Shown: piece after piece, positions 50,020 through 62,001 of the stretch
How the letters are laid out: every line of letters starts with the position of its first letter
Numbering within the stretch: the first letter of the stretch is position 1
Assembly: GCA_964016885.1 (NCBI GenBank)
Contig: OZ024741.1
Location: 158,286,001-158,350,000 of the forward strand
Length of the DNA stretch: 64,000 nt
DNA from: Eledone cirrhosa
Taxonomy: Eukaryota
Direction of reading: 5' to 3'
Notes under the pieces: generated by a model
Told to the model about the DNA's origin: nothing
Databases searched by the model: none
What the model saw: only the letters and a program-made list of their open reading frames with translations
Program-made: the position numbers and the translations under genes

Positions 50020-50358
50020 GTTAGTATGGAAGAACATAAGCTGGCGACATCTAACTTTGAAAGAAATATATGCCTGCCTCCCACACATATCTATCATTGT
50101 ATGTAAAAGGAGAGTAAGATTTGCTGGCCACTGCCATTGTGCCACCTATGAGGCTGTTTTCCCATTAGTGCTTTGATAACCACAAGCAGTCACTAATAAC
50201 AGGGGTACAAGCTCTCCTATCCCGATGTCATCTCCAGAGATTCTGGTATTGAAATCCAGGATTTGGCAATGGCAATGAATGACAGACCCATGTGGAGATC
50301 AATTGTTGAGTCTATTTCGGCTGAGGCCACCGGATGATGATGATGATGATGATGGTGA
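50020..50358 (+). mobile_element. RTE-superfamily 3' fragment
   Basis: RRVRFAGHC..YPDVISRD..AMNDR.MWR followed by a (GAT)n tail. Confidence 0.75.
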
Positions 50359-50372
50359 TGGAGGGTATAAAA

Positions 50373-50713
50373 CAGAGGTTCTCAAAGTAGGTACTACCGC
50401 CCCTTGGCGTTGAGAAGGTCCAGAGGGCGCTGGGACAAGGGGCGGTGGGGGGGGGGTAGAGATGATATAATAGTATATTAAATATCAAAAGATACATACT
50501 ATATATATATATATAACAAAATAAAAAATATATAATATTTATTTATACATAGTATATATTATATTATTTATTATATATAAATTAACAATTATATTTATTA
50601 TATTTTTTTACAATTTTCGTATAGGTAGGTCTTTCTGGAAATAGGGTTGGGGGAGGCTGAAGGCATTATGTGGCCATAAGGAAGGGGTGACCCAAAAAGT
50701 TTGAGAACCCCTG
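50373..50713 (+). mobile_element. hAT-type MITE, copy 2 (inverted relative to copy 1)
   Basis: TIRs CAGAGGTTCTCAAA and TTTGAGAACCCCTG; 8-bp TSD gtataaaa / gtataaag. Confidence 0.92.
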
Positions 50714-51039
50714 GTATAAAGCATTGAATCAAGGACAAGCACAAAAAGTAACATTTCATTTACATTGTAATGCAAGCATTTATCACTTCCCTACATGAGT
50801 ACAATTTCTCCAAATCGTAACAATACCAATGGTTGATGCTACAGAATGTTCATATAAAATACATATGGTTGAGTGTGTGTGCAGTCAGTTTTTTTTTTCT
50901 GAGATGGTTTCCAAAAGTGACATGGCAGTCAAAGACTACTTTACAGTCTTCACAGTCTGTATATATCCTGGTGACTGGTTTTGTCTTTTGGTGAGGATAA
51001 TATCTATTTGGCTATTGTGCTCTCCTGATTTTTAGGTGA

Positions 51040-51585
51040 ACAAGTGGTTGACTGGTTTTCTAAAGTTTTATTTACAAATAGTTAGGTTATTGACATCACA
51101 AAATTCCAGGAATCTTAATTCTTCCTCATTTCTCATACCAAAACCAAGCCCTTTATTGACCTCATAGAAGCCATCAATGTTACCCAACATGTTCATTAAA
51201 GTTGCTGCTATGATTATGAAGTCACCATCACTCATTAGAGAAGTAGTGTGTATTAAGGATTTGTAAAATTTGTCTTTTAGTTCATCTGGCAGTCCAGATT
51301 GTAGTGCATATGCTGATATGATTGTTACAGTTGTTCTATCTGAGGTTTAATCATTTTATTTGCCTCAATTATCTTATCTACTAATTGTTCTGCTAACAGG
51401 ATACCTCCTCCACCCAGCCTGTGGTTGTTATACACCACCAAGAAAAATTTGTAGTGTCCTTCTTTGGCTACAAGGACTCAAGCTGATGCTCCTCCACACC
51501 TAGTCTCCTGGTATTCAATGGACATCCACCTCCTTTCACTCTCGAATCTCTACAATCTACTCTGATCTTTCTTTCATCATGTCAA
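51040..51585 (-). mobile_element. RTE APE endonuclease fragment
   Basis: Minus-strand QETR, GGGILLA, IISAYA.QSG, GDF and GFGMRNEE..RFLEFCD. Confidence 0.8.
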
Positions 51586-51858
51586 CATTGATGATTGCAT
51601 CTCTGAAGATTTTGGAGTTCACCAGGAGAGGAAGATAGATTCTTGAGAATGGGAGCTGAATTGGTGTTGGCTTTCTGTATCTGAAATAAATAAAAAAGTT
51701 TACATAGTTCCCCAGAGATGAATGATGGCTTGTAGTCTTTCTGCCATATAAACCACCAAACCCATAATATCAGTATCTGGTTGACCTTTGAGTTAAAACA
51801 CTGAGATATGAGCCACATTCAGAATTTCTGATTTTTTTTTTTTTTTTTTTTTTTTCAG

Positions 51859-52010
51859 ACTTTTCCTGGTATAAGGTTTTCTTTTACAAAACTAAATCTA
51901 AGATCAATCCTGCAGATGCCTTCCTTGGTAATTTTAAAAAAAACGAGTCAAGAAAAAAACCCTACCGAGATTATATTATTGACCTCTGGGAACCTCTTCA
52001 AATCAAGGAG
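51859..52010 (+). CDS. Coding exon B of the PAN-domain gene
   Basis: Long poly-T tract plus cag acceptor at 51858 and gag|gtaaaa donor at 52010; phase-1 join to exon A gives the open frame DFSWYKVFFYKTKSKINPADAFLGNFKKNESRKKPYRDYIIDLWEPLQIKE. Confidence 0.75.
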
Positions 52011-52017
52011 GTAAAAG

Positions 52018-52063
52018 CTTCTTCTTCTTCTTCTTCTTCTTCTTCTTCTTCTTCTTCTTCTTC
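52018..52063. repeat. (CTT)n microsatellite, probably the tail of the adjacent minus-strand LINE
   Basis: Direct observation. Confidence 0.9.
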
Positions 52064-52935
52064 ATGAGAGGGTCATGAGGGCAGAGTCCTCAAGCATGCT
52101 TTCTATCAGGTTCTATCAAGAGCAATTGCCTCCAATTGATCTGGCTGGATCCACAAGCAAGACCAGCTGAGTTCATGGGTGTTATCCAACCATCTTGCTC
52201 AGGGTCTACTACCACTGGGTCATCTGCCAGTTGGTTTTGTCTGTAAAATCTGTCCAGTGATTCTTTCCTATGTCATACAAACCACATGTCCATTGTATTG
52301 GAGCTGCGATCACGCATTTCAGAGAAGTGGTGTCTCTACCTGAAGCAACTCTCTGATCTCTAAGCTATACTCTCTATCAAGTAATGTTACTCTAATGACC
52401 CTTTGGAGGAAACCCATTTCAGCTATTTGTATTCACAATCATATTATTTCTGTCATTACCCACAACACGTGATTATAGATAAGGGTTGGGACGAATACTG
52501 AATTGAAGAGTGTACTGTCGTCACTTTTGTTTATAATCTTTGTAGACATGATTGACGTGTGCAACAAGGCTAGAAATGGTTGGATCAGTCAGCTGGAATT
52601 TGTGGATGACATGGTATTATTTAACTCATCAAAAGGTTATCTCTGATATGAACTTGATTGGATTGCTGTCGAGTGGTGCACAGCAAGAATGAAAATCAGT
52701 GTTGTCATGACTGAGACACTTGTTCTCTCAAGGAAGTATGCATAGTGCATTCTACATGTGTGTGGAGTTCCTCTGAAGTAGGTGGAGAACTTCAAGTATC
52801 TCAGGGCCATGTTCACGAGTGATAGAAAGCAGGAGGCTGAATTAAGTGCAAGAATTGCAGGAGCTGGTGCAATAGTGTGCCAGTTTCAGCATTCGGTCAT
52901 CAGAGAAGTGTAAAAGCCAAACTTGCTATATTCTT
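52064..52935. mobile_element. Degenerate RTE-like fragments (52064-52520 minus; 52585-52935 plus)
   Basis: Minus: LQYNGHV..RPSGR..WLD. Plus: FVDDMV..MKISV..VENFKYL. Confidence 0.7.
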
Positions 52936-53330
52936 TCTTTTTGTCTTTCTATATTTATCTGTCTCTCTCTTTCTATCCGACCATCTCTCCCCCCTCTCTC
53001 TCTCTCTTTCTTTCTCTCTCTGTATTTCTTTCTCTTTGACTTTCTATATGTATCAGTCACTCTCTCTATATATATGTCCCTGTCTTTCTCTGTCTGTCTG
53101 TCCCTCTTTCTCATTTTGTATTTCATTCTCTCTGTCTTTCTCTTTCTATATGTATTTGTCCCTCTCTCTCTCTCTCTCTCACTCCCCTTCTCTGTTTCTA
53201 AATCAGGGAGAGAGAGAGAGAGTGAGATTGAAACAGAGGAATATATAGAAGAAAAGAAAGGTTGAAGAATGAAAGAGTATGAAATGAAACAAATAGAGAG
53301 AAACAGAGAGTGGTATATATATATATGAAA
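52935..53330. repeat. (CT)n / (GA)n low complexity
   Basis: Direct observation. Confidence 0.9.
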
Positions 53331-53453
53331 AGAGTCAGGACCCAACAGCTGAGCTCCAACTTCTTTTCCTATTACTCTACTAGCCTAAGTACTGAGTACA
53401 CTGGTGCGTTATGGTCCACCTGGTTCCTTACCACACTTTCTTTGTTATATATA

Positions 53454-55280
53454 CTAGCAGAAGAACCGCCCTCGGGCAGTATTCTGCTAGTATATATAGT
53501 GTGTTTATTGATATATGCAAATATATATGCAAATAGATATAATACGTAAATTGACAATATGCACATAAACTGAACAAAGACTGTGTTACACTTACTTCTG
53601 TAATCAGTAAAGTAATCCATGATACATTTAGAAAAAAGGCAATAATGGAAAAGCGATGAAACTGTTGACGGAAAATGTTCATGAATCTTCACTTGAGAAT
53701 GTCGATGGGAAGCTTCAAGTAGTGAATTTGAAAATAGATGCTGCTGGTATGAATGAATGAATTACATTTACCAATATGAAGAGTTGACCTTTGCTATATT
53801 GTTGTTTTACTGTATTCACATATAGGCTTCTTCAGTTTTTGTAGTGTCCCTTTTCTAGCAGTTAAAAAGTAACTGAAATGCATTTCAAATAAAAGAGAGT
53901 GATAGCTGTTTCACATCACTGTAGAATTTCTTTGTAGACACAGTTGTCAGCAAACAGACCCTTTCATTTTATATTTTTATATTTCCTTTTTTTGTCACTC
54001 GTGATAATGCAACATACATCTGACCATGTGAGAAGAATTGTGTTGGTAGATATACACCTATCTTTTCAAATGACTGCCCTTGTGCCTTGTTGCATGTAAG
54101 GGCAAAGGCTGGTTTGATAGGAATTTGCTTGCAAGTAAAGGTGAAAAGGAGCTCAAGCTCTTGGTATCCTTGGGATTAGCAACCATATTCCAGCATTGGG
54201 ACCCAATGCCACTTCAGCTTCAATTACATGATTATGTAAACTGATGATGATGTAGCGTGTACCATTGCAATGCTCGTTTAGAGGATCCAGATTTCTCAGA
54301 AGCATAACGCAACTGCCTTTCTTCAGTTTAAGATTGTGTGTTGGGAAGCCTGATAGGGTAAGTTGGTTGATGAACTCAATTGGATATTCCGTCAACTTAG
54401 TCATTGGCTGAAACAATATGTTCTTCCTGCCCTCGCTCATACACGACCATTTGTTCCCCAGGTAAATGGCAAGGCAACTTTTCAACTGGCATATTCGATG
54501 ATGTAATGGAAATTTATAGATTCTCCAGAATGCTTCACTGGCTAAGATTTACCATGCATTGATATAGGTCTCAATCTCATTTTGGGCATGGATACAATTT
54601 CCTTGATCATCCTTAATAGTGAAAGTGATCTTGTCTGATCCTTTTGTGATGTACTTATATAAGTGCTTAACAGCCTTGACACTGTGGACAACCTCACAAT
54701 TGATGTGGCACTGATATCTCAATGAGAGGAAAGGGTTGTATGGAACAATCCTACGATTATCAACAGTAAATTCTTGACCTTTAAGTTGGATTGTATGGGT
54801 GTGACCACCATGCTGTCTATCCCTTCTTCTATATTCCGGAAAGGAATTTTCGGGAACAAATTTGGTTTGTCTGACTGCCTTGGGATAACTTTTTGAGCAA
54901 TGGCGTTGTTGTCCTAGCCCTTCCATACATGAGCACATCATATTAGCTTGTCCACATGGGCCATGAATGTTGCAGGATGTGATGATCTTATGCAGAAATG
55001 GATTGGTCTCTTTATCAGAAATCTCACAGTACACTACCTAATAAATGGCATCAGCAGTTTTGGGCTTGCTATCTTCAGCCATTATCAGCAGAATATGAGG
55101 CCTCGTTTTCTGCCACTCTATTGTAGCAGAATGAGCCACAACTTTTCCTAGGACATTTTTTTTCAGTATGTCATCCATGAGGCTGTCATACTTGATCTTG
55201 AAGACTCTTGCACAAATATCAGGATGGTCTGCTTTCCCATGTGTCGAACTACAGTCATCGAATTCTGAAAGCACTCACTG
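53454..55280 (-). mobile_element. Helitron, internally deleted Rep/Helicase pseudogene with intact 3' end
   Basis: Rep: PDICARVF, IEWQK..PHILL (HUH), HGPCG, VPYNP..HINCE..LYKYITKG. Pif1 helicase: VMLLRNL..CNGTR, IPRI, AFALTCNKAQGQS, FSHGQMYVALSRV. 3' hairpin plus CTAG|T at 53454. Confidence 0.93.
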
Positions 55281-55479
55281 TAGAAGCGAGGGGAACCATA
55301 GATTGAGCAAGAACAATTCTCCGGCCTGCACTTGTTTCAGACGCTAGACTGTGCCCATACTGGAGTACCACGATTAAAGGATTTTCTTGACCTCAATTCC
55401 AGTATATATATTTTAAAATCTAGTACTTATTTTATTGATCTCTTCTATTCTCTTTGAAACGTGTGTGTGTGTCTATGTG

Positions 55480-55750
55480 TTCATATGTATGATGGTACCC
55501 TATCGCTTGCGATGAGGATTCTTCCAGCTAGGTTTCTCAAATGGAACTGCCTGAAATTAAGGTGAGAGTGTCTGAGCATTCCATAGACACGTATAACGGA
55601 GGGTTTCAGGGTGGGACTACATTGGTTCTTTGACTTACTGGCAGAGTACACTTTTTTTTTACTTCAGTGGAGAGAAGAAAGGCGAAATAAAGTGTCTTGC
55701 TCAAGAACACAACGCACTGATGGGATTCGAACTCTCAACATTACAATCAC
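55480..55750 (-). mobile_element. Degenerate SINE, family B-related
   Basis: gaaataaagtgtcttgctcaagaacacaacgc..ggattcgaactc core and B box. Confidence 0.7.
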
Positions 55751-55950
55751 GAGACACACACACGGACATAAACACACACACATAAGCACACATACACAGA
55801 TACAGTAACACACATATGCACACACACACGTAAGCAACAGATACACACACACATATACATATATATACACATAAACGCTTATACACACATATACACACAT
55901 ATACACACACATAAACACACCACACACACATATATATATATATATATATG
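55750..55950. repeat. (CA)n / (TA)n microsatellite
   Basis: Direct observation. Confidence 0.9.
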
Positions 55951-57466
55951 TACGTATGTGAGGTAGTCTATGTACTTATGCAATGGTAAAGAGAATATAC
56001 TCCTGTGGATTGAATCATTGGTACTGTAGTAAATTATCCTTTCCTTATTTCCACATCTTCCCATACATACACACAGCCACATATACAGATAACCAGCCTT
56101 CGTGCATGCGCAGTACAGACCAGATTTCTCGCATGCACAGTACGAACCAGCCATGATGTATGCGTAGTACAGACCAGCCTTTGCGCATGCGCACTTCTGA
56201 CCAGACTTTGCGCATGCGCACTTCAGACCAGATTCCACGCATGCTCACCTTGGACCAGACTTTGCGCATGCGCATTTTGGACAAGCCTTCGTGCATACGG
56301 ACCAGCCTTCACACATGCGCAGTAAGGACCAGCCTTCGCGCATGCGCAATACTGACCAGCTTTCGCGCATGTGCACTTTGGATAGCCATCGCGCATGCGC
56401 AGTATGGGTCAGACCTCGCGCATGCGCAGTACGGACCAGCCTTTGCGTATGCGCACTTCTGATCAGCCTTCGCGCATGCGCAGTACGGACCAGCCTTCGT
56501 GCATGAGCAGTACGAACCAGCCTCGCGCATGTGCACTTCGGGCTAGCCTTCGCGCATGCGCAGTATGGACCAGCCTTCGAGCATGAGCAGTACGAACCAG
56601 CCTTCGAACATGAGCAGTACGGACCAGCCTTCGAGCATGAGCAGTACGAACCAGCCTCGCACATGTGCACTTCGGGCTAGCCTTCGCGCATGCGCAGTAT
56701 GGACCAGCCTTCGAGCATGCGCAGTACGGACCAGCCTTCGAGCATGAGCAGTACGAACCAGCCTCGCGCATATGCACTTCGGGCTAGCCTTCGCGCATGC
56801 GCAGTATGGACCAGCCTTCAGGAATGTGCACTTCGGACCAGCCTTCGTGCATGTGCTCTTCGGATCAGCCTTCACGCATGTGCACTTCAGACCAGCCATC
56901 GTGCATGCGCACCTCGGACCAGCCTTCGCGCATGCGTACTTCGGACCAGTCTCACAGATGTGCAGTATGCACCAGCTTTCGCGCATGCGCACTACGGACC
57001 AGACTTCACGCATACGCAGTACAGACCAGCCATCGTGCATGCGCAGTACGGACCAGCCTTCGCGCATACGCAGTTCGGACCAGTCTTCGCGCATGCGCAC
57101 TTCGGACCAGCCTTTGCGCATGTGCACTTCAGATCAGCCTTCGCGCATGTGCATTTTAGAACAGCCTTCGCACATGCGCAGTACGGACCAGCCTTCGCGC
57201 ATGCGTACTTCGGACCATTCATATATTTCTGTCACTAATTTTCTCCTAATGCAGTTTATATATAATATCGTCTTTTTTTAATGTATCATGGATTACGTTA
57301 CTGATTACATAAGAGAGTGTAACACAGTCTTCGTTCAATTTCTGTGTATATTGTCAATTACGGTTTTATTTGATCATATCTACATGCATATATACTTGCG
57401 TATAATATCAATATACACACTACACATGCAAGCTGAAAACCACCCGTGGCATGGTTTTTCTGCTAG
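55950..57466 (+). mobile_element. Probable non-autonomous Helitron carrying a tandem array; 5' boundary uncertain
   Basis: 57265-57466 is homologous to the reverse complement of 53454-53645 and ends in a hairpin plus CTAG|T. Confidence 0.75.
56092..57217. repeat. 27-bp tandem array, ~41 units, CGGACCAGCCTTCGCGCATGCGCAGTA
   Basis: Direct observation; 9-aa periodicity in overlapping ORFs; central palindrome GCGCATGCGC. Confidence 0.97.
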
Positions 57467-57489
57467 TTATATTAAGTGAGTTTTAAAAA

Positions 57490-57566
57490 AAAGAGTTAAT
57501 AAATAAAGAGTTAATAAATAAATAAAAACTTAATAAATAAATAAAGAGTTAATAAATAAATAAAAC
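57490..57566. repeat. Short AT-rich tandem (aagagttaataaataaa)n
   Basis: Direct observation. Confidence 0.8.
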
Positions 57567-57627
57567 GTTATACTTGTTTTACCCTCCCACATTCAATTAA
57601 ACCGAACGCTATCATGACTGTATGTGT

Positions 57628-60600
57628 GTCATCATCATCACCGTTTAACGTCTATCTTCCACGCTAGCATGGGTTTAGAAGGGAATTGTCCCACTTGAGG
57701 CAAGATTGGTCGTCTCGCTCGTATGGGACTATCTGGCAGGTTGGTTTATACGGCTAGATGCCCTTCTTAACACCAACCACATTTACAGTGTGGACTGGGA
57801 GGTTTTTACCGTGTTACCTACACGGCCACCTTACAGCGTGGACTGTGTTTTTTTGTCGTGACACCTACACGGCCTCATATATTTAGGACTGGATGTTGTG
57901 GTGCCAACATAACTTTACAGAGAAAAGTGTGCTGTTGATGGAGGTGGGAGAGTTGGGGTAGTGGGAGGGTGTGTATATTTGATTAAGAGGTGCCTACTGA
58001 CAGTAGGTCTCGCTTTGTATTTAGGCAAGGCGGCTTTTCTGTATTAATGCGTAGCGCCAAAGATCTCGGTCCAGTGACATTGTCTTGGAGAGGTGTAAGA
58101 GGTGTAAGTCGGAATTTATCAAATCGTCCCAGGTTTTTCTGGGTCTGCCTACTACGTAACTTCCGTCAATTTTGATCGCTCTGCACTTTTTTATACAGCT
58201 GTCGTCTTTCATGCGCATCACGTGACCATACCAACGTAGTCTTCTCTCGAGTAAACAGCATCTGATCCCTCTTATACCTAATTTCTCACTTAGTTCATTT
58301 ATGCCCTGCTGTTCACATATATTACTATTACACATCCAGCGGAGCATGCATGGTTCGTTCCTCTCCAGTCTGCGCAGATCCTCTGCACACAATGCCCATG
58401 TCTCACTGCCCTGTAACATAACTGTTTGTATGCAGGCATCATACAGTCTGCCTTTCATTTTTAGAGAGAAACCTTTAGCGGTCAATAGTGGTATAAGCTC
58501 TCTGAACTTTTTCCATCCCGTTCTGACTCTGGCTACTGTACTTTCGGAGCACCCTCCACCACTGCTGATTTTGTCACCCAGGTAACTATTTCTATAGAGC
58601 CATCTGGGCAATAGAAGGAGCTAGTATCCTGTGGGCACTTGCTACTTATTGCACCTGAGCACCGGCCACATATAAAATCTACGTTCTTAGATAGCTTACC
58701 TGTGATCCCACTACATCTTTTATGCACCCATACTTTGCATTTGAGACATAAAATGGCATTTCTGCTTACTCCTTTCCTACATACTGAGCATGGCCATTTC
58801 CCAGAGGGGACCTGTGCCCTATTTTCCTTCCTACATACTAGACAAGTTAACTTTAAGGCCTTTTGATTCTAGGCCATGCTTCCATGTTTGGAATTTCTTC
58901 TCTAGTTCAGCCATCGATTCAGCTATGAGCGTAAGATCGTCTGCATAGAGAAGTTCCCATCTTGAAGCCAGTCTTGAACTCCTCTGTTATAGCCTAAAGG
59001 GCAAAAATAACAGGAGGAGGCTAAGGACAGAGCCCTGATGGACACCAACTTTTACGCTAAATTCTTCACTATATTCGTTGTTAATTCTAACCTTGCTGAT
59101 GTTTCTTTATACATGGCTTGTATAGCTCTCACAAGCCATTCATCAACACCTAGTTTTCTAAGGGTCCACCAGATTATGGCGCGGGGGATTCTGTCAAATG
59201 CTTTCCTCAAGTCAACAAAAGCTAAGTATAGGGGTTTACTTTTAGCTAGGTACTTCTCCTATAGTTGTCGTACAAGGAAAAGGGCGTCTGTGGTACTTTT
59301 ACCTGACACAAACCCAAACTGCATTTCGTCTAGATCAATTTGCTCTCTGATTAGTTGCGCTATAACTTTTTCTGTGACCTTCATGACCTGGTCCATTAAT
59401 TTAATGTCTCTATAGTTTTCTCTATCTAGGGCATCTCCTTTGCCCTTGTAGCAGTTAATGATGATGCTGCTACGCCAGTCATTTGGTATGACCCAGTTCT
59501 GTATGACTTGGTTTACTATCCGAGAGACCATAGTGTGTCCCACCGTTGCAGATGCTTTCAGCATTTCAGCAACTATCTCCGAAGGCCCAGCTGCCTCGCC
59601 TGTCTTCATATCTTTGATTGCCTTACTTATTATATTACCTTCAACTTGCACTGCTGGTCCCTCTATTGGATCGATGTGGGGCAGACTATCTTTGTCCCAT
59701 TTATTCTCCTCATTTAGTAGCCTCTCGTAGTGACACTTCCAAGCTACCTTCTTATCAGCGTCAGTGATGGCAAGTACATCATCATCATTACGGACACATT
59801 TCTCCCCGACAATATCACGGTTTTCCTTGACACATTGCATAGCAATCCTGAACACCTCATGTTTTTGTTCCTCGAGTTGTAGAACATGCTTGAACTTTCT
59901 TTCCTCTGCTTCCCTTCTTGCGAAGTACACTTGTCTCCTAGCTTCCCTGCAGGCCACTTGATAGTCTTCTCTACTTCCCCCATCCCGCCATACTTTCCAA
60001 GCCTGCTTTTTGGCCTTAATCGACACCTCCACCTTACTGTTCCACCACCAAGTTACTCTCCTCCTGCCTATAGGTCTGCTCCAGCCACAGATTTCATCTG
60101 CCGCCTTCAGCAGGTTAACTTTCAGGAATTCCCACTGTTCCTTTATATTGTACGACTCTAATTGCTCTTCCTTACTGTCAAAAGCATCAAGTAATATTCT
60201 TTTAAATTTGTTACTGGCTGTGGGGTCCTTTAACTTCCATATTCTTCTCCTTAGGATAGTCTTCCTCTGTTGTCGTGTATGTCTCGTCCTGACTATGAGG
60301 TCGCTAACTATGAGGCTATGTTGGGAGGTGCATTCTTCATGGGGGAGGAATTTAGTGTTTACAACAGACACTCTGTCTCGTCTTCTGGTAAGGATATAAT
60401 CTATCTGACTGGCGTGTTCCCCTGATCTATAGGTGATCAAGTGATTGTCTCGTTTTTTTAAGTTTGTGTTACAGATAGTTAGGTTATTTGCGTCACAGAA
60501 TTCCAGGATTCTGGAGCCTTCGTCATTTCTAGTACCAAACCCATAGCCTCCATGGATTCCGTCATAGCCGTCACAATGTTGTCCAACATGACCATTTAGG

Positions 60601-61390
60601 TCGCCAGCAATAATTATGTAGTCACTGTTGGTTATTTGGGAGGTAGTGAGCATTAGCGACTCATAGAATATGTCTGTTATAACGCCAGGCAGTCCGGATT
60701 GGGGTGCATACGCGGATATTATTGTCACAGTAGTTCTATTTAGGACAAGTCTTATTTTAATTATTCTGTCGTTCACTCTATTTACGTCTATTATCTTATC
60801 TATCCATTTTTCTGCTAGCATGATTCCTACTCCACCCAGCCCATTGTCATTTCCCACCTAGAAAAGTTTATAGCATCGGTTTTCATCCACAATGAATTTA
60901 GCAGACGCACCCCTCCACCTGGTCTCTTGAATATAGCAAACATCAACTTCCTTACGTTCAAGCATCTCTACAACCTCGTTAGAGCGACCTTTTAAAGTGC
61001 CTACATTCATGGTACCAACTCTGAAGTTTTGGATTGCGTTTGGTGGGTGGGAAGGATGAGGCGCAGGGAGAGGTGAGGTAGCTGGGGTTATGTTAGCCAT
61101 CCGCGGTCGAAATAAAGATGAGGAGTCCTTGCATTCTCGTCCGGCAACAGGGGGTGAATTTATCTTTATCTTTGACATTGTCATTGAGTGTCCAGATTTT
61201 TCAGACTCTCCAGAATTCCATAGTCCATCTAGCATAGCGAAAAGCAACTAGGTCTAAACTTAAGAAGTGATAGCCGAGGCAGTGGTTTTGTGAAAGAGAT
61301 TGGTAGGAGAAACATATTATAAGCCGCTGAATTATGATTGGACCAAATAATAATGGTGGCGAGTGGAGGCAGGGGGGAAGGGATCTGGGG
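57628..61390 (-). mobile_element. Near full-length RTE/BovB-like LINE (APE, RT, PHD-like finger, C-terminus), inactivated
   Basis: ORF pieces 60858-61247, 59259-60857 (532 aa), 58533-58727 and 58021-58611; NVGTL, IQETRW, SAYAPQ, GDLNGHVG, QIDYIL, SQH, LYADDL, LRWYGHV; UTR and (GAT)n tail. Confidence 0.96.
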
Positions 61391-61392
61391 CA

Positions 61393-61882
61393 GTTAGCGA
61401 GAAGGTATTTTAAAATATAATCCTAGAAATTCGGCCATAATTAAACGAGCATATAACAGTATAGCGCTCTCTAGACAAAGGGAAATAGCTAGAGTTAATT
61501 CCCGTAGAATTTCTAGAATATTTCTTGAACTTCCGTTCCAGGTATTATAAAAGAAAGAGCAAAGAGCAATCTCCCTCTTTTGGCAGCAGGCTCTCGAACT
61601 GACCACACCAAGCACAACTATGTTAAGTTTTTCTAATCCTTATTTCAGGATTACACCATATCATGTCACGAGGTACGTTTTGTTACCAAATTGTAATACA
61701 CTCACTACAATAAATACAAGTTGTTATTGATACTCGTTTTGAGATATTCGTTATGCTTCATTTTATTACGCTGAATGTACAAATTACATAAAGGTTCTTC
61801 TTTATCTTCTTTCAAATTAAATTAATGGTTGGCATGCAGTGGTATTTACTGGAGTAAATAACCCTATGACCAACTCACTAAA
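61393..61882 (+). mobile_element. 5' LTR of the Gypsy element; left boundary approximate
   Basis: TATAAAA at ~61545 and AATAAA at ~61710; ends tatgaccaactcactaaa like the solo LTR; followed by a PBS. Confidence 0.7.
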
Positions 61883-61883
61883 G

Positions 61884-61903
61884 TGGTGACGCGACGTTTG
61901 AAC
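61884..61903 (+). promoter_or_regulatory. Primer-binding site, tRNA-Trp-like
   Basis: TGGTGACGCGACGTTTGAAC resembles TGGTGACCCCGACG, the complement of the tRNA-Trp 3' end, 1 nt after the LTR. Confidence 0.65.
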
Positions 61904-62001
61904 ATAAGATTTCTCCTGAAAATCATCTCTCTCGTTTTCTGTTTATCCGACCAAGTTTTGTCTATGAGAATTCCTCGCTCAGCATCCACCGTGTCACAAT
62001 T

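Noticed and set aside
53990-54485. Host PIF1 helicase gene
   Set aside because: Adjacent to HUH Rep motifs and a Helitron 3' end, intronless and frameshifted
56045-57281. Cys/Ala/His-rich repeat proteins (metallothionein-like ORFs)
   Set aside because: ORFs are open in many frames on both strands because the 27-bp unit lacks stops; no splice or start context; also not CRISPR because there are no spacers
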